Source: Octopus vulgaris
Lineage: Eukaryota
Direction: 5' to 3'
DNA length: 64,000 bases
Assembly: GCA_951406725.2 (NCBI GenBank)
Contig: OX597825.1
Location: 4,898,001 to 4,962,000, forward strand
This document shows, piece after piece, positions 29,094-41,977 of this stretch; the first letter of the stretch is position 1; every line of letters starts with the position of its first letter. The notes under the pieces are model-generated. The model was not told where the DNA came from. It was given only the letters and a program-made list of their open reading frames with translations, and searched no databases. The position numbers were made by a program, and so were the translations under genes.

Positions 29094-29841
29094 ATGTGTG
29101 TCTGTGAGTATGTGTAAGTGTATGCTTACATATACATACCTACGTACACACTTATATACCTATACATATATATGTATATATATGTATACATGTATATATA
29201 TATATAAGTATGCATGTGTATGTTTATGTATATATACATATATATATAAATGTGTGTGTTTGTGCGTTCGTGTGTTCGTATGCATGTATATATATATATA
29301 TATATATATATACATGATATATGTATATATATATGGCATCAGGAGAATTCGTCGTTAGATCAATTACTCTTCACCACGGTATCCAATTCAGGATTCCGAG
29401 CGGTTATTCCATTCTGTTATTCTTGTCTGCGGTTGTAATTTTTAGTTCAAATTACGAGCGAGTAAAAGGCAGCCATTTCTTTACTGAAGAAGGGAACCAA
29501 TTTAGAGTCGAAACGACGCTGGGAGTGGTTCTCAAGAGTGTTTCTGAGGTGGTCTTTTAGTGCGTAATGTAAATATATACATAACGATAGCGGTTCCGGA
29601 GATATTCAAACGATAACAATCAGCATCAATTAGATATTAGGTATAGCCGTGTAGTTAAGAAATTGTTTTAGCAACGACTTAGTTTCCAGTTCAGTCCCAA
29701 TGCGCGGTACTTCGAGCAAGTACTTTCTTATATAGAGTCGAATCGACCAGTAGCTTTTGAGAGAAATAAGTAGACGGGAAGTCTGGAACAACAACAACAA
29801 CAACAACAATAATAACAATAATATTAATAATAATAATAGTA

Positions 29842-29922
<81 letters not shown>

Positions 29923-29934
29923 TTTTCGTATGGT

Positions 29935-30089
29935 TTTTTAGGCATTCACTAGTACAACACTATGTACAAAACCAAATATATGGCACCCTAGGCATAACAA
30001 CAACATGAACTTCCAACTTGTTGTCTCTTGAGGTCTCTGGGTGAGACTTGAAGCCAACTTGTATAAATGTAATGCAAAAGTCAAACATA

Positions 30090-30090
<1 letters not shown>
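29935..30090 (+). mobile_element. Probable R4/Dong-type 3' UTR fragment in (AAT)n
   Basis: Unique 150 bp between two (AAT)n tracts. GAGGTCTCTGGGTGAGACTTG resembles Dong/Rex6-type 3' UTR motifs as I recall them. Confidence 0.45.
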
Positions 30091-30187
<97 letters not shown>

Positions 30188-30924
30188 TCCAATTTTGGTA
30201 CGAGACCAGTAAGTACGAGGGATTGGGTTAGATGATTACATCGACCCCGCTGCTCATTTGGTAATTATTTTATCGATCTCCGAAGGATGAATGGCAAAGT
30301 TAGCTTGGTGGAATTTCAACTCATATCTTAAAAACGGGCGATTCTGCCAGATTGCCACTTTAGCAACTACGACTACGACGATGATGATTATTTTGGCACA
30401 AGGCCAGCAATTCTGGGGATGAGAGCTAAGTCGATTACATCGGCCCCTGTACTCAGCTGTCGTTTCTTTTGTGTGAGTTCTTGTTAATTTTTCCACATGA
30501 ATAAACTATTTTAAATAGATTTTAGTTTTTGTAATTTGTTTATACAATCATCAACATTTCTAAGAATAGGTTTGTTTTGTGTACACTGTTTTCATGTGTT
30601 AAACAAAATAAAGGTAAAAAAATTCTAAGGAATAAAAAGAAAAAAGATTTATCAAAGTAAAGATTCTTATCAATATTTTCACTGTTTTCTTTTTGACATT
30701 CCGTTGTAATTTTCGTTATTCCTCACATGATTGATTGATTGATTGATTCCAGTTTCAGCTCATGAGCTGTGGCCATGCTGGGGCACCGGGTGTTTTTCGT
30801 TTTTGCTTTTTTTCTCTTGCTTTTTTTTATTTTTTAATTCCTTAGCATCATTTTTGTATTCGGTTTAAGCACCAGTTATAATTATTCCAAAGCAATCTGA
30901 CGTGATTAGCTTGGGGGGAAGTGT

Positions 30925-31143
30925 CCTGACGAAGATGTGAGCTGGTCACGAAATGACCTGGCGACGGAGTAACCAGGCAGCGAAATGACTTACCGACCAA
31001 ATGATTCAGCGAGGAAATAACTTGGCGACGAAGTGACTTGGCAACGAATTGACCGGGCGATAAATTGACTTGGCAACGAATTGACCGGGCGATAAATTGA
31101 CATGGCAACGAAGTGATTTTGGTGACAAATTTTGCGTGGTGAA
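30925..31143. repeat. 15-bp-period minisatellite, consensus about GGCGACGAAATGACT
   Basis: About 13-14 diverged units, including an exact 30-bp doublet TGGCAACGAATTGACCGGGCGATAAATTGA. Confidence 0.8.
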
Positions 31144-31382
31144 TACCCAGCTGACGTAAAAATCAGTAAAAATCAGGTGGCTACATGAAAAAAGAGCTCA
31201 ACTATAAATCAAGATCGTACAATGGCTAGCAAATGTGAACACTCACCGATGTGAGGAATTCAGTCAATACAAAGGCAGTATAATGTTTATGCAAACAAGG
31301 CTGGAACGCATAAAACCAATAATGATTGCCAAATTTCCTTTATATGAAGTTGTTAAATGTTGAGTAGACACCCAGGAATAAT

Positions 31383-31527
31383 CTTTTCTACTCTAGGCAC
31401 AAGGCCCGACATTTTTGGGGAGGGGACCAGTCGATTAAATCTACCACCACAGTACGCAACTGGTACTTAATTTATCGAACCCGAAAGGATGAAAGGCAAA
31501 GTCGACCTTGGCGGAATTTGAGCTCAG
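31383..31527 (-). mobile_element. SINE family B, 5'-truncated
   Basis: Tail and core present; ends at the B box. Confidence 0.8.
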
Positions 31528-31614
31528 TTATTGCTAGGAATTAATCGAGTGACTCGATTAATTCCAAGCAATATCTAAAGAAGGAATTTTTATTTTCATT
31601 TTTAATTTTTATTT

Positions 31615-31806
31615 TACTTTTTTCAGTCATATGATAGCGGTCATGCTGGAACACCGTATTTAGTCGAGCAAATCGACCTCAGAACTTATTCTTTGTAAGC
31701 CCAGTACTTATTCTATCGGTTTCTTTTATCGAACCGCTAAGTTACGGGGACGTAAACACACCAGCATCGGTTGTGAAGCGATGTTGAGGAGACAAACACA
31801 CACACA

Positions 31807-31846
<40 letters not shown>

Positions 31847-32032
31847 CACACACATATACATATATACACAAGACGGGTTTCTTTCAGTTTCCGTTTACCA
31901 AATCCAGTCACAAGGCTTTGGTCGGCCTGAGACTATGGTAGAAGACACTTGCCCAAGGTGCCACGCAGTGAGACTGAACCCGGAACCATGTGGTTGGTAA
32001 GGAAGCTACTTACCTCACAGCCACTCCTGCGC
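31615..32032 (-). mobile_element. SINE family A, full length
   Basis: Head to tail match with 5148-5540. Confidence 0.9.
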
Positions 32033-32921
32033 TTATATTCCGAAATATTATTATTATATCAGACTATGAATAATTAAATTATAACAGTTATTATAGTTCA
32101 CTCTTCTTTGTTGTGCTATTCAAGACACGTAATATTTCACAAACAATACACAATGCCTCCGGCGAACTACAATTCTCCCTTATTAATTATATAACATTTC
32201 TGAATCCCATGTATTAAGGAGCAGAAGATAACACACGCGTTGTCTTGTGCACTTCGCGAAACATTTCACATTTAACGTGACTGAAGTAATTCACGTGCTA
32301 TCAACGGACTCTTATCTGAGAATTTATTAAATTAAACGTTTAAGATGAATTTCTTATCTTTACCTCGAGAGACGTTTGACTCCTGCTTTGTGTCATCTTG
32401 TATCTATTTTTACAATATAAACATTTTTTCTTGTGACCGAGTTTTTCTTCTCATTACTGTCGAATGGAATTATTCTCTTTGTTCTAACTACAACAAGATA
32501 TTTTGCAGAATTATTTGTTCGCTAAATATTTATTGGCTTTCGGCTATCTAGTATCTGCTGTGTTACAAAATCACGAATAACTCATTTTTATTTCTGGAAT
32601 CTACGTATACGCTGTCTTTAAACTACGTTGATATTACGATGTGGGTGCATCGCTCATCTGCTAGACATCTGCTAAAAAGGCGTAATAGGAATCAGAAACT
32701 GAGCTATGGCAGGAGCATATTTAATGGTTTGGATAAGATTTGTGCTCAGCAGGATGAAGATACGATGACAATTTCAACATTTTCAGGTATTCATTGAAAT
32801 TCTTGACCTAAATATTCTTGGATATTTCAGTGTTGAACGAGACAAATTTGCTAACTGGACGAGACAGCGGGAGAGAGAGACCCTTAAAACCGGGACCAAC
32901 TAAACTAGTACGTATGGTATG

Positions 32922-32964
<43 letters not shown>

Positions 32965-33871
32965 AGAGAGAGAGAGAGCAGTAAGAGAATGGATGGGATT
33001 AATAGGTGGTTCATCAACTTTTAGACATTATATTATGTTAACTTATTTATTTATTTACTGGAATGACAATTACAAGAATATACATACATGTATAATATAT
33101 TATGCTTTACATATAAGATATAAAATATATTAATATATAAAAGATACCAGTAATTATTACAAAATAACATACAGGAATATAAATTGGGAAAATAACTTAC
33201 AGCTGTTTCAGCCAAGAGGCAAAAATACCTCATTCTACCTTTATTACTCCAGTAGATTGAAGTAATAGGTAGATGGAATTGAGGTACTTGGGTGTTTCTC
33301 TAGGCTTCGTCAGAGATTATAAAGTACATAAGGTTAAGTTATAATTAAATATAAATATAAAATAAATAAAAATACACACACATACTTATATATATATAGA
33401 TATACATATACATACATATATAAATATACATAAATACTTATATATATACTTAAATGTACATACATATTTACATTTATAAGTATACACTATAATCAATTAT
33501 TACTAATATTATTAATACTAGATGCATTCTATTATTCATATTATATAAAATATAGAATATAGAATATAAACAGAGATTTTTGAAAATTATAAGAATAGTA
33601 ATTTTGCAATCAATATATATTAAAATTATTACAGTTATGTCAGAACGAAACTGCATACACATGAGGAACGTATATATGCATATGCACACGTACATACACG
33701 CACAAATATATATATATACATATATTTTTTCATTCAAACATATTTATATGTACATACGTATTATATCAGTGGATTAGTTTGTATCGTTACAATTATAAAT
33801 ATAATTATAACAATAATACACAGACTAATTTATATTTACATATAAAAACCTGGTATGCTTATTATATATGC

Positions 33872-33952
<81 letters not shown>

Positions 33953-34004
33953 ATATATATATATATGTATATATATATATGTATATATATACACATATAC
34001 ATTT

Positions 34005-34080
<76 letters not shown>

Positions 34081-34284
34081 GACAAATGAATTATCTTATT
34101 ATGGATAATTCGAAAGATAACCGATACCGGGGTAGCAAACTCACAACAGAAAAAGCACGGTTGAAGTTACGACCATAGGGCATAAAATCCGTGGCTTAGT
34201 GCGGAAATTTGAAGTTTAATTCAATATATTAATTATAGGAAAGAATGGAGCTGAACGAAGATTTAACAAAGTTCCTTTATTTTA

Positions 34285-34368
34285 TTTTCGACATATGTTT
34301 CGAAGTCTGCAAAATCCCTAATTCCGAATGAATAAGGAGTCCATTATGCAGCTTTCTCTTCAGGAAAA
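34285..34368 (-). ncRNA. Type I hammerhead ribozyme motif with extended stem II (Penelope-type)
   Basis: Minus strand reads TTTTC-CTGAAGA-GAAAGCTGCA..TGCAGACTTC-GAAA-CATAT-GTC-GAAAA. Stem I TTTTC/GAAAA, palindromic ACATATGT stem III, GUC triplet. Confidence 0.75.
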
Positions 34369-34747
34369 ACCAGGAACTTAATTCTCCAACAAAATGCACA
34401 ACAAGTTTTTCGATGACTGCTCACTAGGAGCCATAGAGATTTTGCAGACTTCGAAACATGTCGAAAATAAGATCGTCGTCGTCATTGTGATACTGCCCTA
34501 TCCAACCAAACCTAAAAACATGAGGAAACTGCAACAGCTAATGAAATACAACATTGAGGGCAGGTCATGCTTGTATTGCCTTCCCTCACAGATCTGCTCA
34601 ATTGGTGTAAGACTTAAGAGCTGAACGCCAACTGACCAATAGGATGACTATCACTTCTACCATATTCCTTACAAAACCAGTACGATTGATCAAATAACTA
34701 TACAGTTCATTTTATTGTGTCTGGGGAGAGTCATTCTCTTTTACTGC

Positions 34748-35436
34748 CTCATATCAAGAAATCCTTTTGCGAGCGTGACCTAGGCATCACTGTCAGCAGT
34801 GATTTGCGTTGGACAAAGCATATCTCTAAAATTGTCAAGAAGGCCGAGGGTGTCTTGGCATCACTCAGCAAGACTTTTGTTAGCCGCTCTCCAGCCATCT
34901 ATTTAAAACTGTATACAGCTATGGTACGACCACACTTGGAATTCGCATCATCAGTTTGGAACCCCTATCTTGCTGAGAACATTGACCTCCTGGAATCTGT
35001 TCAGAGACGTGCAACCAAACGCATACCCTCCATCAGACACCTACCATATTCTGAGCGCCTTGTTTCCCTGGGCATGGATTCACTGAAGCTCCGGCGTCTG
35101 GCGACGGACTTGGTAAACGCCCACAAAGTTGTCAACCACCTCACCAATAACAACACTGAACACCTTTTTGATCTCCATGTGGACATGCTAACACACGTGG
35201 ACATGCCTACAAAGTCAGAAAACAACACAGCTCCCATGACTTTCGGAAACATTTCTTCACGCTCAGAGTTGCTGAAGCATGGAATAAACTGCCTGCGTCA
35301 GTTGTTGACTGCCATGACACTGCCCCTTTAAGGCCCTCATGCTTTCCGAAATCCGTCGAAACTACACCTGATTATATATGCACTTTAGATGAGTTGTAGT
35401 GCACCTGAGCACTGTACACAATGTTTATTATTATTA
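34748..35436 (+). mobile_element. CR1-clade LINE 3' end (RT C-terminal region), one frameshift
   Basis: ERDLGITVSSDLRWTKHI..LYTAMVRPHLEFASSVWNPY..LESVQRRATK..YSERL..TRGHAYK..RKHFFTLRVAEAWNKLP, followed by a (TTA)n tail. Confidence 0.9.
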
Positions 35437-35609
35437 ATATTTTATTAATTTAACACACTCAGCCGTCTGATTTCCACACATTTACTGTATTCTAACGAAA
35501 TGTTTCGTTGCGTCTTGCAACCTTTACACTAGGTTAATTTCATGGGAAATAACTCTTGCAAGGCTTTGTAAGTATTGCCCTAGAGTTATTTCCCTTGTAA
35601 GTACTATTA

Positions 35610-36008
35610 CTCTTTACTCTTTTACTTGTTTCAGTCATTTGACTGCGGCTATGCTGGAGCACCACCTTTAGTCGAGCAAATCGACCCCGGGACTTATTCT
35701 TTGTAAGCCCAGTACTTATTCTATCGGTCTCTTTTGCCGAACCGCTAAGTGACGGGGACGTAAACACACCAGCATCGGTTGTCAAGCAATGCTAGGGAGA
35801 CAAACACAGACACACAAACACACGCACACATACATATATATATATACATATATACGACAGGCTTCTTTCAGTTTCCGTCTACCAAATCCATTCACAAGGC
35901 TTTGGTCGGCCCGAGGCTATAGCAGAAGACACTTACCCAAGATGTCACGCAGTGGGACTGAACCCATGTGGTTGGTTAGCAAGCTACTTACCACACAGCC
36001 ACTCCTGA
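35610..36008 (-). mobile_element. SINE family A, full length
   Basis: Close match to 5148-5540. Confidence 0.9.
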
Positions 36009-36039
36009 GCCTGTATTCATTTCCTGATAAATTGCATAT

Positions 36040-36650
36040 TCTTTACTACTCTAAGCAGAAGGCCCCGAAAATTTTGAGGAAGGGGCCAGTCCGTTAGATC
36101 GTCTCCAGTACACAACTGGTACTTAATTTATCAACCTCGAAAGGATGAATGGCAAAGTCCACCTCGATGGAATTTGAAATCAGAAAGGAAAGACTGACAA
36201 AATACCGCTAAGCATTTCACCCTCCGTGCGAACGTTTCTTATTTATTTATTACCCACAAGGGGCTACACACAGAGGAGACAAACAAGGACAGACAAACGG
36301 ATTAAGTCGATTATATCGTCCCCAGTGCGTAACTGGTACTTATTTAATCGACCCCAAAAGGATGAAAGGTAAAGTCGACCTCGGCGGAATTTGAACTTAG
36401 AACCTAGCGACGGGTGAAATATTTCTTTATTACCCACAAGGGGCTAAACATAGAGGGGACAAACAAGGACAGACAAATGGATTAAGTCGATTATATCGAC
36501 CCCAGTGCGTAAGTGGTACTTATTTAATCGATCCCGAAAGGATGAAAGGCAAAGTCGACCTCAGCGGAATTTTAACTCAGAAAGTAACAGCAGACGGAAT
36601 ACGGCTAAGCATTTCACCAGGCGTGCTAACGTTTCTGCCAGCTCACCGCC
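36040..36650 (-). mobile_element. SINE family B head-to-tail trimer
   Basis: Three consecutive cores GAAAGGATGAAAGGCAAAGTCGACCTC with two tail variants. Confidence 0.85.
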
Positions 36651-37059
36651 TTCGATAAATTGCATATTACAACAATTTTTTGTTTCTTCCTTCATTTCTA
36701 TATTGTTTCCAATATAGCCAAAATGAAAATGCTAGGCCAATGGCCTTCTCATGTCCCCTGCCCCACAAGTGATACAATAATTATAAGAGCGTCTTTCTTT
36801 TTTCTGTGTTAACACATTTGCATCGGCGTACATACAGTAGGTTCTAGACAGTACTGCTACAAAGTCCAGTACTGCCGAGAGCTTTATACGGTGTCATAAC
36901 TATGACGTAATCAACCGACACATATGTTATACTTCCGAATCTACATACAAAAGAAAGAAATAAAAAATTTAATGAATCTGCCAAAACTTATTATCATTTA
37001 AATATATTTATATTTAATTACATCGTCTCCTTGTTTTATTATTATTATCATCATTATTA

Positions 37060-37681
37060 TTGTTCCTTTTTATCACAGGTTTTGATGGAACACTGGGCTT
37101 GCTACCTGCAAACTGTCTGATACTTTCTTGATTATTCTGACCATGCCAAGGTGACAAATATATTCTTTACTACTCTAGACACAAGGCCAGAAATTTGGCG
37201 GGAGGGGGCCAGTCGATTAGATCGACCCAAGTACGCAACTGGTGCTTAATTTATCGACCCGAAAGGATGAAAAGCAAAGTTGACTTCGGCGGAATTTGAA
37301 CTCAGAACGAAGGAGACAAATATATTGTAACAGTTCTACTGGGCACTCTATTCCAATTTCCTTCATATTCCTCTTGATGCCTTCTGATACTGTTCCCAAA
37401 GATCCAACAATAATTGGCACTATCTTCACGTTCTTCGTTTTTCATAGCCGGGCTATTTCGTACTAAAAAGGGTTGTATTCATTTATTTTCTCGCCTGCCT
37501 TCTTAACTGTTTTGGGGTCAAAGAGCAATGCAACATCAATTATATTGCACAAGCGGTGCATCTTGTCAACCGCCACTAGGTCCAGTCTGTTATACTCTAG
37601 AGCCTGATCTTCAAAGATTGGTAAATACCACACGATATTATTCTAGTCGCCAACTCTGCCACTCTCTGCGGTTTGTTCTCA

Positions 37682-37682
<1 letters not shown>
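37060..37682 (-). mobile_element. R4/Dong-clade RLE fragment interrupted by a SINE
   Basis: YENKPQRVAE..EYNRLDLVAVDK..IIDVA..VKIVPIIVGSLG..IGIECPVELLQ [SINE] LGMVRIIKKV, then a 3' TAA/TGA tail. The 5' end abuts (TAG)n. Confidence 0.8.
37165..37314 (-). mobile_element. SINE family B insertion with 12-bp target-site duplication
   Basis: GACAAATATATT at 37153-37164 and at 37315-37326. Confidence 0.85.
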
Positions 37683-37738
<56 letters not shown>

Positions 37739-37886
37739 CACTACAAAAATGCTTAGTGACATTTCGTCCGTCTTTAATTTGCAGGCCTTGTGCCAAATTT
37801 TCAACTCAAGACATAACACTAATTATTTTCATGGATTTCGAGATTTCGACATAAGATATACTTCTAATTTCTCTCTCTCCCTCTCC

Positions 37887-37918
<32 letters not shown>

Positions 37919-37969
37919 ATCTATCTATCTATCTACCTATCTGTCTGCCTATCTACTTATCTATCTCTC

Positions 37970-38420
37970 GGCGCAGACATGGCTGCGTGGAAAGACGCTC
38001 CATTTCCAACCACATGGTTCTTGGTTCAGTCCCTTTGCCTGGCACCTTGGGCAATAGTCTTCTACTATAGACTCGGGCCGACCATAAAATTGTGAATGGA
38101 TTTCGTTGACGGAAACTGAAAGAAACCTGAAGTGTGTGTGTGTATATGTGTGTGTGTGTGTATATATGTGTGTGTGTGTGTGTCTGTCTGTCTGTCTGTC
38201 TCTATATCTGTCTGTCTGTTCGTCCTTGTGTCTGTGTTTATACCCCACTACCACTTGACAGCCGGTGTCCGTGTGATTACGTTCTAGCTTAACGAGAAAA
38301 GAGTACGATAGCATAAGTACCAGGCATTAAACAATTAGAAGGTCGATTTGTTGGACTAAAAACACTATAAGGCGATGCTCTAGTATGGCCGGAGTGAAAT
38401 GACTGAAAGATAAAAGGTAA
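37970..38420 (+). mobile_element. SINE family A, diverged
   Basis: GGCGCAGACATGGCTGCGTGG..GGCACCTTGGGCAA..GACTGAAA. Confidence 0.8.
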
Positions 38421-38676
38421 ACGATATATATCCACCTATTCACACAAATAATTTTTTAAATATGAGAATAAAAATAAATAATAATAATGAAAAAGATAAT
38501 ATACAAGGGAGATAACTAATATAGGGAGTTATTTCCCTTGAGACTAAAAAACTGAACTGCTTTAAAATTTCACCTGCATGCCTAACTTAACTTTTTCTTC
38601 ACCCATTCACTTCCGGTCATTCAAAATGTGACCGTTGGCGATGTTTTTCCCTTCTTTGGATCTTTCCTATCCCTAT

Positions 38677-38715
38677 GTTTCTGACGAAGAGCTCCCTCCG
38701 CTCGAAACGTTAAAC
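38677..38715 (+). ncRNA. Minimal type I hammerhead ribozyme motif in a Penelope-like fragment
   Basis: GTTT-CTGACGA-A-GAGC-TCCCTCC-GCTC-GAAA-C-GTT-AAAC. Perfect 4-bp stems I and II, palindromic ACGT. Confidence 0.75.
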
Positions 38716-39305
38716 CCTCCTTCTTTCTCTCCTTTCCTGAGCGTCCAATAAACACTTTACTTGTTCCACGTCCTCGCGTTGTTGTGCTTTCTCTTTGTGT
38801 TTTCATGTTTGGATTAACTTTAATTAAAATATAATATTATTTAATATTCAAATATTTTCATAGCGATTTTCACAGTAATTTCCTTTTATTATATCACAGA
38901 TTTTTTGAAATTAAAACTTTTTTTCCTTGCACTTTGATATTGACAAATCACGCTTTGCATCTTATCGGAATCTAGGCGCAAGTTTTGAAACGCCTGCTGG
39001 AAAGAAGAATGGTTCTCGTTGATATTATTCGTGCATTCTTTGTGCTTTTTCTAAGGTATCTCGCTATCATCTATAGTCAATACGGAGAGAATGGCAAAAT
39101 ATGATAGGAAGGAGTTGGGGAATGCTGTGGATCAATGTACTTCAGTGGTACTTTATTTATACTATCAAATAGGTGGAAAGAAAAGTTAAGCGTTTGGCGG
39201 CATTTAAACTCAGGAACACAGAAACGAATATCAACAAAATTTCTCACGATTATCTAACGACTGAGCTAATTAGAAAACTCCAATGTTCTTATTTATCAAT
39301 TTATA

Positions 39306-39371
<66 letters not shown>

Positions 39372-40072
39372 GGAAGGAGTGATGCGTGTGTACGTGATTG
39401 TATGTCTTTGTGTTTGTGTTATATTTGACCCCTTCCACCGCTTGGCATCCGCTGTTGGTTTCTTTACGCCAGCTCGCGATCAGTGTAAAGTTTACGCCCA
39501 CTGTGAGCTAGCGGTTCGGTAAGTGAACCCGACAGAATAATTACCAGCTTTAAAATATAATTTTTTGCGTAGCTTTGTTCGGATGTCCTAGCATGGCCGC
39601 AACTTGATGACGGAAGCAAGTGAACGACAATAGATATAAAAAAAAACTCTTTCACACAACTATCAAGTTTTCGTTACTATTTTTCTTTCTTTCGTAACAT
39701 GTTCAGGATCTGATGTCGCTGTTATTACAAAACGATATCTTCAAAAAGGAATAATAAAGTTGCTGTAAGTCACTCTGAGAAATAGCTTCGATTTTCGGTT
39801 CATACCTTTTTAAAATTCTTACGACATTAGCCATTCTTGTGAAAAGCTGAAATGCTAAAACTTCTGTTGTGCGGTTTGCAGAATAGAAAAATATAAAGTA
39901 CCTACCTATATTGATCCTTTATACGGTCATAGATGCTGGCGTACATCCATGCAAACATACGTATCTGCATAGATTCATGCAAACACTTGTGTACATTTGT
40001 GTTGTATTTATGAACAAATATACATATGTGTGTGTATATGTGTGTGTGTGTGTTTCTGTGTGTTTCTGTATA

Positions 40073-40306
40073 CAGTGTTGGCCAAATGTCACCAGACAGT
40101 AAATCAAAATTCCATAAATACTCTCTGTAATTCTGTATTGACTTGAATGGAAAAAATGTGTCTCTCAAGAAGGACTTCAGTTTGAACGATTTTTATGATG
40201 TTTCATATTTAGATGCTTTTATTAAATTCATTCAATTGTTAAAGATAAATAAATATTGGAATTAAGTGGTTTTGATTTACTGTCAAGTGACTTTTGGACA
40301 GCCTTA
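40073..40306. mobile_element. Tc1/mariner-type MITE
   Basis: Imperfect 37-bp terminal inverted repeats (CAGTGTTGGCCAAATGTCACCAGACAGTAAATCAAAA / TTTTGATTTACTGTCAAGTGACTTTTGGACAGCCTTA) with TA on both flanks. Confidence 0.75.
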
Positions 40307-40666
40307 TATATAGATGAATTGACAGAGATATATGTAGCTGCTGGAGAGGATTGCGTTTCTTTTCACAGACGATTTCGTTTCGCTAAATCGATTTTCAACG
40401 CTTATTAGGTTCTCATCAGAGGCGTCTATGTCAAGTTGACAAATCCCCGAGAAACAAACAACCAATCTATTTATGTACACAACAATTACAGTAACGACAA
40501 AAACCTGGGGTTACTATTTTGCATACTACATTTTATTTAAAATTTATTTTGAATATTTTGAGCCTGTCAACGGGGATCCCAAACCACGGAGTATGGAGCT
40601 GTGAAATAATGTATGTATGTATGTACGTATGTATGTATGTATGTATGTATGTATGTATAAAATGAG

Positions 40667-40709
<43 letters not shown>

Positions 40710-40741
40710 TATACACACACACGAATACACACATACATACA

Positions 40742-40777
<36 letters not shown>

Positions 40778-40849
40778 TATATATACATATACATGTGTGT
40801 GTGTGTGTGTGTGTGTGCGTATGTATATGTATGTAAGTATGACGAAGAC

Positions 40850-40891
<42 letters not shown>

Positions 40892-41977
40892 TATACTATT
40901 ATGTCAAACATATATATGTGTATGTATGTATGTATGTATGTATGTATGTATGTATGTATGTATGTATGTATGTATGTATGTTTGTATGTATGTATGTATG
41001 TATATGTGTATGTATGTATGGCATGTTTCTATGTATGGATGTACGTATGTATGTATGCAAGTATGTATGTATGTATGTAGTTCATATAACGGGCTACTTT
41101 AGCTGTTTTCACAATAGATTGAGTGAAAAAATGGATAACCGTAATCAGTTTTCGAATCGCATTCGATGTAGTGTTCAACGCTAGGGTACAGTTAATTCTA
41201 TTCAGAGTTGAAAAATATAACCTATTCAAAATAAATGTCAGTCAGTAAAACACTTGACGCTTAGTTAAGAAATTAGCAGCGAGTATTTTATCTGTCTAAG
41301 TAACAATATTCATAGAAAATAAAATGAAATAAATGAAAGCCTTCTGATGTTACAGCGATGAGTAGGGGATATAACTCTGAAGCGTCTTGATTACGCCATG
41401 TAAATAGATATGAGGGAAGTAATTTCCATTTAATTTAAGGAAATTATTGTGAGTAGTGTCCCATTAAAAGTGAATAGGGCGCGTCAAGTGAATATATTTA
41501 ATTGTGAAAATGTCATGTAGGGAATAATATAATGTAGTATAGTATAAGTATAGTACAGTATAGTATAGTACGTTATACTATGCTATACTATAATATGATG
41601 TAATATAGTATTACATTATATTATATTGATATTTTATAATGTAACAGAAATTATATAATAATAAAATGCAACAATCTGAAAAGAAATCTAACTTAATACA
41701 TCGTAATTTATTATAATGTAATATGTGATATAATACATTTTAGTATAGGTATTATAATATCATATATGATATCACATAATATGATATCATATATGGTATC
41801 ATATGACGTAATACGTTATGTGAAATAATAAAATGTATAAGGTATAATTTCACATTATACAAGAGATTTACGTAATTTTTATATATACTTTTTTACTTTC
41901 TGTTTTTGTTCTTTGTTTTCTTTCGTCCTTGTAAATGTATATATCAAGCCTTATTGTTTTTGTCTGCAAAACTACCT

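Noticed and set aside
29484-29520. Hammerhead-like CTGAAGA..GAAAC
   Set aside because: No convincing stem I or stem II pairing; at best a decayed copy.
30925-31143. CRISPR-like array (also considered for the SINE multimers and 43550-43654)
   Set aside because: No unique spacers between the repeats, no cas genes, eukaryotic context.
32639-32797. Short ORF MWVHRSSARHLLKRR.. ending near CAG|GTATTC
   Set aside because: About 50 aa, no recognisable domain, compatible with chance.
34717-35331. 204-aa ORF as a host gene
   Set aside because: It is a frameshifted CR1 LINE 3' fragment.
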